Positions 62,211-64,000 of a stretch of 64,000 bases of DNA are shown here, piece after piece. The notes under the pieces were generated by a model. The model saw only the letters and a program-made list of their open reading frames with translations. It had not been told where the DNA came from and ran no database searches. The translations under genes and the position numbers were made by a program. Where the stretch lies: positions 1-64,000 of the forward strand of contig CAXXVK010000072.1 in NCBI GenBank assembly GCA_963676915.2, given 5' to 3'. Position 1 is the first letter of the stretch. Each line of letters opens with the position of its first letter. The stretch comes from Myxococcota bacterium (GTDB lineage Bacteria; Myxococcota_A; SURF-8; G963663525).

Positions 62211-63983
62211 ATGGGTGCATCGGAAGAACTGCGTGAAGCTCTACTGAATCTGGAAGAAGCGCGAAAACGGGAATCTCGTCAGCGGAAAACGGCTGAAGCT
62301 CTGTTGGAAGGGCTTCGCGTCCTGGTGATGACCAAAGATCTGGAGGAACTTTTCCCCAAACTTTTCGCGATCATGCGTGAACCTTTGGATTTCGAGGCCG
62401 CCTTGGTGCTTTGGGTCAAGTCCGACGGTACGTTGGCACCCATGGCGAGTTCGGATTCTCGCTTCCTCGAAGTCAAGTGGGAAGTTCACCGCCTCTTTCA
62501 ACGTGCGATCGACGGACAGCTATCGGCGGTGTTCGATACGAACATGATCGAAGAATGGCGTGCTTTGCCTGAAAGCCTCCGGCAAGCGTCCCGGTCGGCG
62601 CTGGTGTTTCCTTTGAGCAGTTCGGGGCGCAAGGCTCTGTTTATCTGTACGCACTCGAAGCCTGCGCATTTTTCCCGCAATCACACCAAACTGGCGCATC
62701 GTTTTTCCGTTCTGGCTACTCAGGCTATGCAACAGTTGGAATTCGCTTCCAGACTGGCTGAAATGAAAGAGCGATTGGAAGCGGAAGCGAAACTGGCGGA
62801 TTTGAATAAAAAACTGGTCGAAAGCGAGAAGCAACTTGCCAAGGCCCGAAAAATGGAAGCTTTGGGCTTGCTCGCCGGTGGTGTGGCGCACGATCTGAAC
62901 AATATCCTTTCCGGCCTGGTGGGATATCCCCAACTGATGCTGATGGATGACGACCTTGAGGAAGAGCATCGCGAGATGCTCGAAACCATCGACGATGCCG
63001 GACATCGTGCCGCTGCCGTGGTTGCCGATCTGCTCACGGTGGCGAGAGGAGTCGCCAGTCCTCGAAAAGTTCTCAATCTCAACGATGTTATCAAGAGTCA
63101 TTTCCGTTCTCCCGAGCATCTGGAGCTTATGCGTGAAAATCCGCAGGTGAAGTTCACGCCTCGGTTGGATGCCGAACTTTTGAATATCAAGGCTTCCCAG
63201 GTACATGTCCGTAAAGTGCTGATGAATCTGCTGAGCAATGCCGCCGAGGCGGTACGAGGAAGTGACTCCGGTATCGTTGTCGTGGCGACCGGTTCCCGCT
63301 ATATCGATCAGCCGCTGAAAGGCTACGAAGACGTGCAGGTCGGCGAATATTCTTTGCTGAAGATTGCGGACAACGGCGGAGGTATTGGCCAAGAAGATCT
63401 GGAGCGGATTTTCGAACCGTTTTATACGCGCAAAGTTATGGGACGAAGCGGTACCGGGTTGGGGCTTGCGATTGTCTGGAACACCATGCAGGACCACGAA
63501 GGATATGTCGATGTCCGCACCAGCGCTCGTGGGACATCCTTCAGTTTGTATTTCCCGGCATGTCGTGAAAAAATCGAGGTGCGGCAAGCTCCTGTGAGTA
63601 TTGAAGAATGCATGGGTAACGGTCAAAAAGTACTGGTCGTTGACGATCAGCCGGACCAACGGAAAATCGCCAGCGCATTTTTACGTAAGCTCGGATACGA
63701 TGTCGATGCCGTTTCCAGCGGTGAAGAAGCCGTGGAATATATTAAAGAAAGCCCGGTAGACGTGTTGTTGCTGGACATGATCATGGACCCCGGAATCAAC
63801 GGACACGAAACCTACCGGCGAATCATCGAAATCCGGCCGGAACAAAGGGCCGTAATCGCCAGCGGATACACGTTGAGCGAAGACGTGCAGGCTGCTCAGG
63901 ATCTTGGCGCGGGCCAGTACATCAAAAAGCCCTATACAATCGAAACGTTGGGGGCGGCGATCAAGCAGGAACTCGAACATTAA
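62211..63983 (+). CDS. GAF-containing hybrid histidine kinase with receiver
   Basis: AHDLNN, NLLSNA, DNGGG, GTGLGL, VVDD...LLDMIM...KP; 6 nt after the FIST gene. Confidence 0.92.
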   Translation: MGASEELREALLNLEEARKRESRQRKTAEALLEGLRVLVMTKDLEELFPKLFAIMREPLDFEAALVLWVKSDGTLAPMASSDSRFLEVKWEVHRLFQRAIDGQLSAVFDTNMIEEWRALPESLRQASRSALVFPLSSSGRKALFICTHSKPAHFSRNHTKLAHRFSVLATQAMQQLEFASRLAEMKERLEAEAKLADLNKKLVESEKQLAKARKMEALGLLAGGVAHDLNNILSGLVGYPQLMLMDDDLEEEHREMLETIDDAGHRAAAVVADLLTVARGVASPRKVLNLNDVIKSHFRSPEHLELMRENPQVKFTPRLDAELLNIKASQVHVRKVLMNLLSNAAEAVRGSDSGIVVVATGSRYIDQPLKGYEDVQVGEYSLLKIADNGGGIGQEDLERIFEPFYTRKVMGRSGTGLGLAIVWNTMQDHEGYVDVRTSARGTSFSLYFPACREKIEVRQAPVSIEECMGNGQKVLVVDDQPDQRKIASAFLRKLGYDVDAVSSGEEAVEYIKESPVDVLLLDMIMDPGINGHETYRRIIEIRPEQRAVIASGYTLSEDVQAAQDLGAGQYIKKPYTIETLGAAIKQELEH

Positions 63984-64000
63984 CGATCCATTTTGGAATC

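Overview
64 kb of bacterial chromosome, moderately GC-rich by eye, probably from an uncultured Myxococcota/deltaproteobacterium-like organism. The lineage is inferred from the many Cys-rich acidic lipoproteins, a MYXO-CTERM-like tail and a phoH-HD-ybeY-lnt operon. Housekeeping genes include ogt, phoH, ybeY, lnt, cutA, mazG, nadC, nuoABCDHI and priA. These are interspersed with lineage-specific surface proteins, two hybrid histidine kinases (one paired with a FIST/NosP-like sensor), an AT-rich orphan cassette and a DUF2793 + carbamoyltransferase-fusion gene pair. The main finding is an IS110/IS621-type element (55442-56615, minus strand) inserted at a CT core inside a GTAG-type REP doublet. Its non-coding left end contains segments matching both its own donor junction and the REP target (a predicted bridge RNA), and joining its ends rebuilds a TTGACT-17-TATGAT promoter. 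About a dozen single-base indels, mostly in homopolymer runs and including one in priA, point to uncorrected sequencing error rather than real pseudogenes. No rRNA, tRNA or CRISPR array was seen. All family assignments are by motif recognition only; no database searches were run.
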